Shown piece by piece: positions 29,812 through 39,617 of a DNA stretch of 64,000 bases (its first letter is position 1; every line of letters starts with the position of its first letter). This DNA comes from Oscillospiraceae bacterium (GTDB lineage: Bacteria; Bacillota; Clostridia; Oscillospirales; Oscillospiraceae). Made by a program: the position numbers and the translations under genes. The notes beneath the pieces were generated by a model. That model was not told the origin of the DNA, did no database searches, and saw nothing but the letters and a program-made list of their open reading frames with translations. Location: contig JAJQCF010000028.1 of assembly GCA_021202845.1 (NCBI GenBank), positions 3,796-67,795 on the forward strand, given 5' to 3'.

Positions 29812-31503
29812 ATGAAGGTTGTAATCGTGGGCGGCGTGGCGGGAGGCGCAACCGCTGCCGCCCGAATCCGCCGCCTTGACGAATGCGCGGAAATCGTTAT
29901 TTTCGAGCGCACGCAGTATATTTCCTACGCTAACTGCGGTCTGCCGTATTATATCGGCGGTGTCATCGCTGACCGCTCCGAACTGACACTGCAAACGCCG
30001 GAGAGCTTCGGCGGGCGCTTTCGCGTGGACGTGAGAGTGCGGCACGAGGTGCTGGCAATTTACCCCGAGAACAAGGCGGTTTTAGTGAAGAACTTAGAGA
30101 GCGGCAAAGAGTTTACCGAGTACTACGACAAGCTGCTGCTCTCTCCCGGAGCTAAGCCCACGCAGCCCCGGCTGACGGGCGCAGACAGCCGCCGCGTGTT
30201 CACGCTGCGCACCGTGGAGGATGCCCTGCGCATACGTGAGTATATTGACCGGCAGCACCCAAAATCCGCAGTGCTGGCGGGCGGCGGGTTTATCAGTCTG
30301 GAGACCGCCGAGAACCTGCGCAGGCTGGGACTGGATGTTACGATAGTGCAGCGCCCTATGCAGCTCATGAACCCGTTTGACCGCGACATGGCGGCCTTCA
30401 TTCACTCTGAAATGCGGCGGCACGGCATAAAGCTGGCGCTGGGGCACACGGTGGAGGGCTTCGAGGAAAGCGGCGGCGGCATAAACGTGCTGCTCCGCGA
30501 CGCCGCACCGCTGCGTGCGGACATAGTTCTATTGGCAATCGGCGTCACTCCGGATACTACCCTTGCCAAAGAAGCGGGGCTGGCGCTGGGTGTGAAGGAC
30601 AGCATTTTGGTCAACGACCGCATGGAAACCTCCGCTGCGGATATTTACGCCGTGGGCGACGCCGTACAGGTGAAAAATTTTGTCTCCGGCCAAGCCGCGC
30701 TCATCTCGCTGGCCGGCCCTGCCAACAAGCAGGGGCGCATTGCCGCTGACAACATCTGCGGAGGCAGCAGCCGCTACGCGGGAAGTCAGGGCAGCTCCGT
30801 TATTCGGGTCTTTGACTTGACCGCCGCCGTTACGGGGCTGAACGAATCTGACGCGAAAACCGCGGGTTTTGACACGGACAAGGTGCTGCTTTCGCCGATG
30901 AGCCACGCCGGTTACTACCCGGGAGGCAAGCTGATGACGATGAAAGTGGTCTTTGAAAAGGGAACCTATCGGCTGTTGGGCGCGCAGATTGTAGGTTACG
31001 ATGGTGTGGACAAGCGCATTGACGTGCTGGCAACGGCAATTCGTGCGGGCATGAAAGCCACCGAGCTGCAGGACCTTGACCTCGCCTACGCTCCGCCTTA
31101 CTCCTCCGCTAAGGACCCTGTAAATATGGCCGGGTATATTATAGATAACATCGCGCGCGGCGTAGTTAAGCAGTGGTACGCAGAGCAGGCTGACGCTCTC
31201 CCGCGCGACGGCAGCGTAACGCTGCTGGACACTCGCACCGAGGCGGAGTACCGCCACGGGCACATCGAGGGCTTTAAGAATATCCCTCTGGACGAGCTGC
31301 GCGGGCGCATTGCGGAAATAGAGCGCGGCAAACCGGTCTACGTTTACTGCCAGAGCGGCGTGCGCAGCTACATTGCTTCGCGTATCCTCACCGCAAACGG
31401 CTTCGACTGCTACAATTTAGCCGGCGGATACCGTTTCTATGACATTTTAAAAAATGACGGCCTCCTGACTCAAGCTGCCGCACCCTGCGGAGCGGATAAA
31501 TAA
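29812..31503 (+). CDS. CoA-disulfide reductase / NADH oxidase family flavoprotein with C-terminal rhodanese domain
   Basis: FAD motif VIVGGVAGGATAA, redox Cys in SYANCGLPYYIGG, a second Rossmann fold (VLAGGGFISLE), and a C-terminal rhodanese active-site loop YCQSGVRS. Confidence 0.85.
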   Translation: MKVVIVGGVAGGATAAARIRRLDECAEIVIFERTQYISYANCGLPYYIGGVIADRSELTLQTPESFGGRFRVDVRVRHEVLAIYPENKAVLVKNLESGKEFTEYYDKLLLSPGAKPTQPRLTGADSRRVFTLRTVEDALRIREYIDRQHPKSAVLAGGGFISLETAENLRRLGLDVTIVQRPMQLMNPFDRDMAAFIHSEMRRHGIKLALGHTVEGFEESGGGINVLLRDAAPLRADIVLLAIGVTPDTTLAKEAGLALGVKDSILVNDRMETSAADIYAVGDAVQVKNFVSGQAALISLAGPANKQGRIAADNICGGSSRYAGSQGSSVIRVFDLTAAVTGLNESDAKTAGFDTDKVLLSPMSHAGYYPGGKLMTMKVVFEKGTYRLLGAQIVGYDGVDKRIDVLATAIRAGMKATELQDLDLAYAPPYSSAKDPVNMAGYIIDNIARGVVKQWYAEQADALPRDGSVTLLDTRTEAEYRHGHIEGFKNIPLDELRGRIAEIERGKPVYVYCQSGVRSYIASRILTANGFDCYNLAGGYRFYDILKNDGLLTQAAAPCGADK

Positions 31504-31521
31504 TAAGCACAGACAAAAATC

Positions 31522-31556
31522 CCGCCGCGCATCTCCCCAACCGAGAGGCGCGGCGG
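31522..31556. terminator. Bidirectional terminator between convergent genes
   Basis: 9-bp stem CCGCCGCGC / GCGCGGCGG with inner pairing. A/T runs on both flanks. Confidence 0.55.
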
Positions 31557-31562
31557 CAATAT

Positions 31563-32231
31563 TTATCTTTCAGCCAATTTCCCCAGCTTGTCCTTGTTCG
31601 TCAGTTCCACCATGCCGCGGGAGAGCTTTACCATGCCTTCACTCTGGAAGTAGCTGAGCATCCTTGTTACGACCTCGCGCGCCGTGCCCATGTGCTTGCC
31701 TATGAGCTCGTGAGTAATTTTCAGTTTCGCGGTGCTCTCCAGCGCGGATTCCTCCAGCAGGAAACCCGCCAGACGGCGGTCGAAGCTCTTCCACATTATC
31801 TGCTCCACAAGCCACATAACCTCGGAAAAGCGGCTGGCCATAATCTCATTTGTGTAGTTCGCCAGCGGCGCGGAGTCCGTCATTATCTGCTTGTACACCT
31901 CCGCCGGTATCAGCCAAGCCTCGGTGTTCTTTTCCGCTTCAATGGATATGTCGAACTGGATACTGTGCATAATGCACGAGGCGGAAAACAGACATATATC
32001 CCGCTCGAACAGGCGGTATATCGTAATCTCTCTGCCCTCGTCGGAAACTATGTACGCCCTCAGCTGACCCGACTGCACCAAAAACAGTCCCGTACAGTCG
32101 GCCGCGCCGCTGTGAACGAGCTGTCCTTTGCCGAAGCTCTGCTTATATGCCGCTGTCGAGAGCTCCGTCTGCTGCGCGGCAGTAAGTTTTTCCCACATAG
32201 GGAAGTAACCCTTCATCTCCATTGCGCTCAT
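31563..32231 (-). CDS. Crp/Fnr family transcriptional regulator
   Basis: cNMP-binding-like beta-roll followed by a C-terminal HTH (THELIGKHMGTAREVVTRMLSYF). Confidence 0.8.
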   Translation of the reverse strand: MSAMEMKGYFPMWEKLTAAQQTELSTAAYKQSFGKGQLVHSGAADCTGLFLVQSGQLRAYIVSDEGREITIYRLFERDICLFSASCIMHSIQFDISIEAEKNTEAWLIPAEVYKQIMTDSAPLANYTNEIMASRFSEVMWLVEQIMWKSFDRRLAGFLLEESALESTAKLKITHELIGKHMGTAREVVTRMLSYFQSEGMVKLSRGMVELTNKDKLGKLAER

Positions 32232-32857
32232 CTTATCCTCACTCCCCGAAAGGCCGTGCCGCGGGCGGCGGGGGTTACGGCGCCGGAGGTGAGCTCTGTC
32301 AGGTCGCGGGCGAAGGCCTCGGCGCAGTCGGCGCGCACCATTAGCTCCAGCACCACGTCCGCGGCGAAGCTCGTATCCTCTATTACCGCGCCGTGGCGCT
32401 CGGCCAGCCGCCGCACGCGCTCATACAGCGAGTAGGAGCAGGGCACGGAGAGGCTCAGCCACTCCGCCATGCGGCAGACGCCCGCCGCGTCCAGCGCAGC
32501 CTTGGCTGCCGCCGAGTATGCGCGCACCAGTCCGCCCGCGCCCAGCAGCGTGCCGCCGAAGTAGCGCGTCACCACGCAGCAGACGTTGACAATGTTCTCT
32601 TGGCGGAACACGTTCAGCGTCGGCTGGCCGGAGGTGCCCTGCGGCTCGCCGTCGTCGGAGTAGCGCATTACGCCGTTTTCGCGGACTATGTAGGCGTAGA
32701 CGTTGTGTGTGGCGTCGTAGTGCTGGCGGCGCATGGCCTCTATGTGCGCCGTGGCCTCGCTCTCGCTCTCCACCGGCCAGACGCGGCCAATGAAGCGGCT
32801 GCGCTTTTCCGTAAATTCCGCCTCGCCGAAGCCGAAGGGCTGCAAATATTCCGTCAC
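32228..32857 (-). CDS. YigZ / IMPACT family protein
   Basis: EKRSRFIG....V.SE.EA..HI......YDATHNVYAY core of UPF0029/IMPACT N-terminal domain plus a C-terminal DUF1949-like part. Confidence 0.8.
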   Translation of the reverse strand: MTEYLQPFGFGEAEFTEKRSRFIGRVWPVESESEATAHIEAMRRQHYDATHNVYAYIVRENGVMRYSDDGEPQGTSGQPTLNVFRQENIVNVCCVVTRYFGGTLLGAGGLVRAYSAAAKAALDAAGVCRMAEWLSLSVPCSYSLYERVRRLAERHGAVIEDTSFAADVVLELMVRADCAEAFARDLTELTSGAVTPAARGTAFRGVRIR

Positions 32858-34122
32858 TGTTCCGCCTCCCCACTGTATACGAACTCACGCAGGCGCGGCC
32901 AAAGCTCCTGCCCGATGACTGCCTCTATAATCTGCCCCTCGGCGGTGTACTCCGCGTCCAGCACGGCGGCGTCGCGGTGGAGCAAATCTGCCAATTCTCC
33001 GCGCGAGTAGGGAATGAGGAAGCGCGCGCGGCGCTTACCCCTGCCCAGAACCTCGGCCACGCGGCGCAGCAGCTCGTCCGTGCCCTCGCCGGTGCGCGCG
33101 GAGATGCAGACGCTGTCCGCCTCGCGCGGCAAGTCCCCGCCGCAGAGGTCGCACTTGTTGAATACCCTGATGCACGGCGTCTGCCCCGCGCCCAGCTGGC
33201 TGACTATGCTGTCCACGGTGCGCGCCTGCTCCTGCCACTCCGGCGAGGAGAGGTCGATGACGTGCAGCAGGACGTCCGCGTAGCTCAGCTCCTCCAGCGT
33301 GGCCTTGAACGCTTCAATCAGGTGCGTCGGCAGGCGGCGGATAAAGCCCACGGTGTCGGAGAGCAGCGCCTCCGTCACCTCGTCCACCATCAGGCGGCGG
33401 GTCGTGGTGTCCAGCGTGTCGAAAAGCCGATTGTTCGCGGGAATGTCGCTGTCCGTCAGGCGGTTGAGCAGAGTGCTCTTGCCCGCATTGGTGTAGCCGA
33501 TGAGGGCGATGACCGGCATGGCGTTTTTCTCGCGGCGGCGGCGCTGGACGGAGCGCACCTTGCGCACCTCCTCTAATTCCTCCTGTAATTTGGAGATTTT
33601 GCGGCGAATATGGCGGCGGTCGCTCTCCAGCTGCGTTTCGCCGGGGCCGCGCGTGCCGATTGCGCCCTCCTGCCGCTCCAAGTGCGTCCACATGCCCATG
33701 AGCCGCGGAAGCAGATATTTGTACTGCGCCAGCTCAACCTGCAGCTGCCCCTCCCGCGTGCGGGCACGTTGGGCAAATATGTCTAAAATGAGTCCGGAGC
33801 GGTCGAGCACCTTGACGCCAAGCTCCTCGCCGAGCACGCGCATCTGCGAGGGGGACAGCTCGTTGTCGAACACAGCCAGCGTACACTCGTTGGCCTCAAT
33901 CAGCTCGCGCAGCTCCCGCACCTTGCCCTCGCCGAGAAAGCTGTGCGCATCCGGCGCCGGACGGTTTTGCACCACCGAGGCCACGGCGACGCCGCCCGCG
34001 GTCTCCACAAGCGCCTCCAGCTCCGCCATGCTCGCCTCGTCCGAGCTCTCACCCGGCGCAAAGCAGGCCGCGCAAAGCCCCGCCAGCACCGCGCGCTCTC
34101 TCTTTTGTTCAATATCCGTCAT
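32854..34122 (-). CDS. hflX: GTPase HflX
   Basis: HflX N-domain (LDIFAQRARTREGQLQVELAQ), G motifs GYTNAGKSTL, DTVGF, NKCD. Confidence 0.9.
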   Translation of the reverse strand: MTDIEQKRERAVLAGLCAACFAPGESSDEASMAELEALVETAGGVAVASVVQNRPAPDAHSFLGEGKVRELRELIEANECTLAVFDNELSPSQMRVLGEELGVKVLDRSGLILDIFAQRARTREGQLQVELAQYKYLLPRLMGMWTHLERQEGAIGTRGPGETQLESDRRHIRRKISKLQEELEEVRKVRSVQRRRREKNAMPVIALIGYTNAGKSTLLNRLTDSDIPANNRLFDTLDTTTRRLMVDEVTEALLSDTVGFIRRLPTHLIEAFKATLEELSYADVLLHVIDLSSPEWQEQARTVDSIVSQLGAGQTPCIRVFNKCDLCGGDLPREADSVCISARTGEGTDELLRRVAEVLGRGKRRARFLIPYSRGELADLLHRDAAVLDAEYTAEGQIIEAVIGQELWPRLREFVYSGEAEQ

Positions 34123-34245
34123 ACCAATCCTCCACTGTCCACATATCTTTCCCTCGCGGGTGAGCTTTGATTCGTTGATTTATAGTATATTTTAATTAGC
34201 GGAATCCGTCAAGGGCGGGCGCGGGAAAACGCGCCTCGCCGCGGC

Positions 34246-34287
34246 AAAAGCCGCTCTGTCCTTTCGCTTCGGGCAGAGCGGCTTTTT
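34246..34287 (-). terminator. Intrinsic terminator after the ABC importer operon
   Basis: Stem GCCGCTCTG / CAGAGCGGC flanked by an A-run and a T-run (bidirectional form). Confidence 0.6.
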
Positions 34288-34299
34288 CATTTTGCTTTT

Positions 34300-35103
34300 T
34301 CACTGTGACAGCAGCATTCTGTCCTCGTCCAGCGCTTCGCCGACTTTGGACTTGAACAGCTCCAGCATGTCGTTTACCGTCAGGCCGGCGCGCTGGGGGC
34401 CGCTGACGTCTAAGACTATGTGGCCGGAGTCCATCATAAAGGTGCGGTTGCCCAGCTCTAAGGCTTGGTGCATATTGTGCGTCACCATGAGCGTCGTAAT
34501 GGAGTTCTCCGCGACTACGCGCGCCGTTATTTCCAACACCTTTTCCGCCGTGGCGGGGTCGAGGGCGGCGGTGTGCTCGTCGAGCATCAGCAGTCGGGGC
34601 GGCACCATTGTTGCCATCAGCAGCGTCAGCGCTTGGCGCTGGCCGCCGGAGAGCAGGCCGACGGGCTGCTTCATGTGGTTTTCCAGCCCCATGCCGAGCG
34701 TGCGCAGCTGCTCGCGGAACAGGTCGCGCTCCGCGCGGCTGACGCGGCTCAAGGGGTTGTTGCTGCGCCCCGCCGTGCGCTGGTAGGCCAGAGCCATATT
34801 CTCCTCAATGGACATATGCGGCGCGGTGCCGCGCATGGGGTCTTGGAACAGGCGGCCGATGTCGCGGCTGCGCTTATACTCCGGCAGGTAGGTCACGTCG
34901 CGCCCCGCTAACTCTATCGTCCCGCTGTCGGGCGGGAACACGCCGGAAATGGCGTTGAAGAGCGTGGACTTGCCCGCACCGTTGGAGCCGACAATGGTGA
35001 CAAAGTCGCCCGGGGCGAGGTGCAGACTCACGCCGTCCAGCGCGCGGCGCTCATTAACCGTGCCGGCATTGAAGGTCTTGGAAAGATTTTTTACTTTAAG
35101 CAT
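34300..35103 (-). CDS. ABC transporter ATP-binding protein
   Basis: Walker A GSNGAGKST, signature LSGGQRQ, Walker B LLMLDEHT. Last gene of the SBP-permease-ATPase operon. Confidence 0.85.
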   Translation of the reverse strand: MLKVKNLSKTFNAGTVNERRALDGVSLHLAPGDFVTIVGSNGAGKSTLFNAISGVFPPDSGTIELAGRDVTYLPEYKRSRDIGRLFQDPMRGTAPHMSIEENMALAYQRTAGRSNNPLSRVSRAERDLFREQLRTLGMGLENHMKQPVGLLSGGQRQALTLLMATMVPPRLLMLDEHTAALDPATAEKVLEITARVVAENSITTLMVTHNMHQALELGNRTFMMDSGHIVLDVSGPQRAGLTVNDMLELFKSKVGEALDEDRMLLSQ

Positions 35104-36034
35104 TTCCGCCGTCCTTTCCCAGCGAGTGCGTCAGGCGGCGCTTCCAGCCCGGCCACTGGCGTTTGAGGTAGGGGCCGGAAATAGCGATTATGACTATCAC
35201 GGAGCTGACGAGCTTGAGCATATAGGCCGGCATATCCAGACGCAGCGCGATTGTGTACACCAATCTGAAAATGACAGAGCCGATGACGGCAAAGAGAATA
35301 CGCAGCCCCATGCGGCCGTGGCCCTTGAGCGTGGAGCCTATGAGCAGGCTGGCGAGGGCGATTGTCACCATGCCGGAGCCGATGTTTATCTCCGTAGACT
35401 TCTGGCTCTGCGCCAGCAGGCAGCCGCTGAGCGCCGTGAAGGCGTTGGCCACGCACAGGCCGACGGTGGTGGTGAATATGGGGTTTATGGAGCTGGAGCG
35501 CACCATGTCGGGGTTGTCGCCCGTGGCGCGTATGCTCAGTCCGAGGCGGGTGTTGAGGAACCACACGAGGAACAGCGCTACCAGCAGCACCGCCAAGGCG
35601 GCAATTATCAGCGTCTGGCAGCCCGCGAGCGGGGTATCCGCCAGTGCGGTTTTGAGCATGGTGAACGCCGTTTCCGCCTTGTTGAGGTTGACTATGGACG
35701 AGCCGCCCATTATGGCGATGTTGACGGAGTAGAGGCCGGTGTTGACTATTATGCCGGCCAGCAGGCTCTCCACGCCGAGGCGGGTCTGCAAAAACGCGGT
35801 TATCCAGCCCGAGCAAACGCCCGCGGCCATTGCCGCCGGAAGGCTCAGCAGAGGATAGCCCGCCGCAGCTACCATAGCGCCGACACAGGCGCCCATAGTG
35901 AAGCAGCCGTCCGTGCTCAGGTCGCAGACGTTCAGCATGGAATAGCTCAGGAACAGTGCCAGCACCGTGAGCGAGCAGATAAGCCCCAGCTCAAAGGCGG
36001 TCTGACCCAGCCCCAGCATCGAGGAAACCGACAT
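35096..36034 (-). CDS. ABC transporter permease (branched-chain/BPD_transp_2-like)
   Basis: 312-aa polytopic ORF that overlaps the ATPase gene by 8 nt. Confidence 0.8.
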   Translation of the reverse strand: MSVSSMLGLGQTAFELGLICSLTVLALFLSYSMLNVCDLSTDGCFTMGACVGAMVAAAGYPLLSLPAAMAAGVCSGWITAFLQTRLGVESLLAGIIVNTGLYSVNIAIMGGSSIVNLNKAETAFTMLKTALADTPLAGCQTLIIAALAVLLVALFLVWFLNTRLGLSIRATGDNPDMVRSSSINPIFTTTVGLCVANAFTALSGCLLAQSQKSTEINIGSGMVTIALASLLIGSTLKGHGRMGLRILFAVIGSVIFRLVYTIALRLDMPAYMLKLVSSVIVIIAISGPYLKRQWPGWKRRLTHSLGKDGGNA

Positions 36035-36170
36035 TATTATAACTCCTTTTTAAAGCGTTATGCACATTGGCATAAGTCGAGAAAACTGCCGCTCGACCGC
36101 GGGGAGGCGAAATGGATTACGTTTCGCTCCCCGTCAGTTCCGATAATTGTGTCAGAACCTAAAGCCGAGC

Positions 36171-36424
36171 GGCAGCAGATAAATTTCAGTCAAGCGTCAG
36201 CAGCGCATTGTGTTCCACGCAGGCAAAGATTCGTGTATTGCCTGTCAGCAAAACAAGTCGAGTGACAGCAGATAAGTATCAGTTATGCGTCCGTGACGCA
36301 TTGACCCCGCGCCCTGCGCGGGCAGTTCTTATCTTGCCTTGCCTGTCGGAAAAACAAGTCGAGTGACAGCAGATAAACGCCAGTCAAGCGTCCGTGACGC
36401 ATTGGCTCCGCGCCCTGCGCGGCG
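36171..36424. repeat. About 2.5 tandem copies of a roughly 95-101 bp hairpin-rich unit in the SBP-permease intercistronic gap
   Basis: Full units lie at 36238..36322 and 36339..36422 (TTGCCTGTC(A/G)G(C/A)AAAACAAGTCGAGTGACAGCAGATAA...GCGTCCGTGACGCATTG.C.CCGCGCCCTGCGCGG). A partial unit lies at 36171..36223. Each unit carries stems CTGTCA/TGACAG, GCGTC/GACGC and CCGCGC/GCGCGG. Confidence 0.7.
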
Positions 36425-36428
36425 CGGG

Positions 36429-37571
36429 TTATTGTTCGAGGTCGTCGAAGCTCTCGGCGGTTACTATGGTGTTGAGCTGGGTGCAGAGCGGCTCGAAAGC
36501 GGCAGCTATCTCGTCAAAGTCGAAGCCTATGGTCTCGCAGGTCTCGGTGTTGACGGTGACAATGCCGTTTTCAAAGGTCACGACAGGGTAGGTGGAGATG
36601 TCCTCGCCCTCGACAAGAATGTCGGCAATGATGTTGGCGGTCTGTACGCCCAGCTCCGCGTAGTCAACGCCGTAGCCGAGGAACGCGCCGTTGAGGGCGA
36701 AGGAGTCGGCGCCGGTGTAGTGCGGGATTCCCGCCTCGGCGAGAGACTCATAAATGCTCAGCTCAGCGGTCATAATAGTGTTGTCGGAAGGAGTGAACAC
36801 GGCGTCCACGCCGTCGGCAATCAGGGACTCGACAGCCAGCATTACCTCGGAGGTGTTCGTGCCGGTGTACTCCTTGTACTCGATGCCCATTTCCGTCAGC
36901 ACATCCTTGGCGGTGGCGATAGCGGTGGTGGAGGAGTCCTGACCTACGTCGTAGAGCAGACCCACGCAGTCAATGTCGGGGTCGGCGGCGACCATGAGGT
37001 TGATAACTGCGGTCGCGTCAAAGTAGTCGCTCGTGCCGGTGATGTTGCTGCCGGAGGCTTCCCAGCTCGGCATAATGCCGGTGCCCACGGGGTCGGAAAC
37101 AGCGGCGAATACGACGGGAATCTGGTTGTCCTCAGTCGCGGCCTGCATAGCCATTGCCACAGGGGTGGCGACGCCGACCATGATGTCCACGTCGTCGGCT
37201 ATGAAGTTGGCTATTATCTGGTTCATAATGGTGGAGTCGGCGTTGGGGTTGTCGTAGGAGACCTCGAACGTCACGCCCATGAACTCGCCCAGAACCTCAA
37301 GCTGGCTCTGGATGTTCTCCACAATCTGGTTGAGGGAGGCGTCGTCAACATAGTTGCAGATGCCAACCTTGTAAACGGTGTTCTCGGCAGCGTCGTCGCC
37401 GGTGTCGTCCTCGGTCACGTCCGTGTAGGTGGCAGGCGCGGAGCCGCTGTCCTCGGAGGTCGTGGTGGAGGTGGAGGTAGAGGTCGTGGTGCTGCTGCCG
37501 GAGCCGCACGCGGCCAGAGTGAACAGCATGGCAAGAGCCATTGCAATGCAGATTAGCTTTTTCATCTTCAT
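36429..37571 (-). CDS. ABC transporter substrate-binding lipoprotein (ABC_sub_bind/PF04392-like), candidate tryptophan-related importer
   Basis: Lipobox LAACGS, a Ser/Thr-rich linker, then a periplasmic-binding fold. It is preceded by a T-box leader with a UGG specifier. Confidence 0.8.
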   Translation of the reverse strand: MKMKKLICIAMALAMLFTLAACGSGSSTTTSTSTSTTTSEDSGSAPATYTDVTEDDTGDDAAENTVYKVGICNYVDDASLNQIVENIQSQLEVLGEFMGVTFEVSYDNPNADSTIMNQIIANFIADDVDIMVGVATPVAMAMQAATEDNQIPVVFAAVSDPVGTGIMPSWEASGSNITGTSDYFDATAVINLMVAADPDIDCVGLLYDVGQDSSTTAIATAKDVLTEMGIEYKEYTGTNTSEVMLAVESLIADGVDAVFTPSDNTIMTAELSIYESLAEAGIPHYTGADSFALNGAFLGYGVDYAELGVQTANIIADILVEGEDISTYPVVTFENGIVTVNTETCETIGFDFDEIAAAFEPLCTQLNTIVTAESFDDLEQ

Positions 37572-37654
37572 TTTTCTCCTTACTGAAATATTTTGCGCTT
37601 GTCGGTACGGTAAGCCGCGGAGCTTGGGGAGGCGTTTTCCTCAGCGGTGGGGCA

Positions 37655-37947
37655 AAACAAAAAAGCCCTATCCCGGAACCACGTTTTTCGTGTTCCTTGG
37701 GACAAGACTGTTTTACATCCTGCGGTGCCACCCAAATTGCCTAAAGGCCGCTTGCTGCGCACTTTTAATAATCGGTGCGCCCCGCGCGTAACGGGCGCGG
37801 TCCCCGTCAGCTGCTACTCGCTTTCGCTTTCGGCTGCCCTCGCAGGTCCATTCGCCAAAGGCTCCGCTGCCGCCTTCCCATCATCGGCGGCTCTCTTAGA
37901 GCTTTGCGCAGAGGCTACTTACTCCCGCTCACAGGTTTACCATATCA
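37655..37947 (-). promoter_or_regulatory. T-box leader with apparent Trp (UGG) specifier
   Basis: The minus strand shows, in canonical order: the AGUA S-turn element, the AGAGAG bulge, then GAA-UGG-A (UGG at plus coordinates 37848..37850). It continues with the T-box sequence AATTTGGGTGGCACCGCAG (37721..37738) and a terminator hairpin followed by CTTTTTTGTTTTG. Confidence 0.8.
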
Positions 37948-37953
37948 GGGTTT

Positions 37954-37982
37954 ATTTTATCCTCAATTTCCACCGCCGTCAA
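37954..37982 (-). promoter_or_regulatory. Candidate promoter of the Trp T-box leader
   Basis: Minus strand reads TTGACG - 17 nt - TAAAAT. Confidence 0.5.
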
Positions 37983-38189
37983 GAGTAATTTCTTCCGAAT
38001 TGCCGCCGCGCTCGCGCACCCCTTACCGTGATTTCACACAATTTTATCGTCCGAATTGCATGGCGCAGTAATGCATACCGCCGTTTTTGCGCCGTTGTTT
38101 AAAGTTTCTTTGCTTTTGCGGGCGCAAAGTGTTGTATAATCAAGTCATGATTTTGCGCTTGGCGGCGCGCGGAAAGGGGCGGAGAGGCG

Positions 38190-39617
38190 TTGCGGTCGTG
38201 GAAAAAGAGCATAAAGACCTATCTGTTTTTAGCCAACTCCCTCATGGTGGTCGTTGTTGTCGGCCTGTTCATGCTCATCTACGGCGTTTTGATAAGCGCC
38301 TACGAGTACCACCAGCAGAATGACGACGTCAGCGACCGCGAACTGGCCGACGGCGCTTACGAGCTTGGCGCAATGCTGACGGCGCGCGACTGGGACGCCG
38401 TCTCGCTCCCCGAGCTGGAGCGGCTGGGCGGCGAGCTGGAGGACATGGAGTTTTACATCTGCGTCACGCGCGGCGGAGAAACCCTCTACTCCACGCTGGG
38501 CGACAGCGAGAGCGAGACGAGCGAGGACATGGAAAAATACTATGTCCCCGACGGCGCGGCGCACATCTACTTTGTGGACGGCATGACCGCCGTAACGCTC
38601 TCCGCGGGAGACACGCAGGTATATGCGCTGAACTTCACCGAGGGCGTGATGACAAGCACCTCGCACATCATACTGCTGTATTTGGTGGCCGTGGCGCTCT
38701 TTATGCTCATACTCTCCGTGTCGGGGCTCGTCTCCACGCGGCAGCTAACGCGGCACATCATGCGCCCGCTGGATAAGCTCATAACCGCCTCGGAGAGCGT
38801 GCAGCGCGGCGACTATTCCCACAGGATAGAATATAACGGCGACTGGGAGTTCGAGAACGTGTGCAGCTCGTTCAACGAGATGCAGATCCAGATACGCGAG
38901 AACGAGCGCCGCGCCGCCGCATACGAAAAAGCGCGCACGGACGTTGTGGCGGGCATCTCCCACGATTTGCGCACGCCGCTGACCGCTATACGCGGCACGA
39001 TAAAGGGTATGCAGGACGGCGTTGCCAAAACGCCGGAGATGCAGAAAAAGTTCCTCGACACCGCCTACCAGCGCACGCTGGAGATGGAGCGGCTGTTAGA
39101 GCAGCTGTTCTACTTCTCCAAAATGGAGACCGGAGATATGCCGCTATTTATAGAGACCGTGGAGTGGGGCACATTCTTGGACAGCTATGTGGACAAGCTC
39201 CGGCGCGACACCGCCTCGCCTCCGGCGGAATTTATATTGGAAAACAAAGCCGGCGCGGTCTGCTCGCGCATAGACTGCCGCGAAATGGAACGGGCGCTGA
39301 ATAATATAGTCGTCAACAGCCGCAAGTATGCCGGAGCGGAGCATTTGACAGTGCGCTTTAGCCTCACGCGCGAGGGAGAGCGGGTGCTGCTGCGCATTGC
39401 GGATAACGGCAGGGGCGTGCCGGAGGAAAAGCTGCCGCTCATTTTCGACAAGTTCTACCGCGCGGACGAGTCGCGCACACGCCCCGAGGGCAACGGTCTG
39501 GGGCTGCACATTGTAAAATATCTGGCCGAGGCCATGCAGGGCACGGTGCGGGCCGAAAATAACGGCGGACTGCAAATTGACATGACATTTCCCATAGCTG
39601 AGGAGGGCGTAGCATGA
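38190..39617 (+). CDS. Sensor histidine kinase (two TM helices, HAMP, HisKA, HATPase_c)
   Basis: H-box SHDLRTPLTAIRG, N-box NSRKY, G-boxes DNGRGVP and GNGLGLHIV. Two hydrophobic segments flank a loop of about 130 aa. Confidence 0.85.
   Translation: MRSWKKSIKTYLFLANSLMVVVVVGLFMLIYGVLISAYEYHQQNDDVSDRELADGAYELGAMLTARDWDAVSLPELERLGGELEDMEFYICVTRGGETLYSTLGDSESETSEDMEKYYVPDGAAHIYFVDGMTAVTLSAGDTQVYALNFTEGVMTSTSHIILLYLVAVALFMLILSVSGLVSTRQLTRHIMRPLDKLITASESVQRGDYSHRIEYNGDWEFENVCSSFNEMQIQIRENERRAAAYEKARTDVVAGISHDLRTPLTAIRGTIKGMQDGVAKTPEMQKKFLDTAYQRTLEMERLLEQLFYFSKMETGDMPLFIETVEWGTFLDSYVDKLRRDTASPPAEFILENKAGAVCSRIDCREMERALNNIVVNSRKYAGAEHLTVRFSLTREGERVLLRIADNGRGVPEEKLPLIFDKFYRADESRTRPEGNGLGLHIVKYLAEAMQGTVRAENNGGLQIDMTFPIAEEGVA

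Noticed and set aside
36171-36424. Possible CRISPR array
   Set aside because: There are only about 2.5 units with a period of about 100 bp and no repeat-spacer alternation, because the whole unit repeats. No cas genes are nearby. It is reported instead as an intercistronic tandem repeat.
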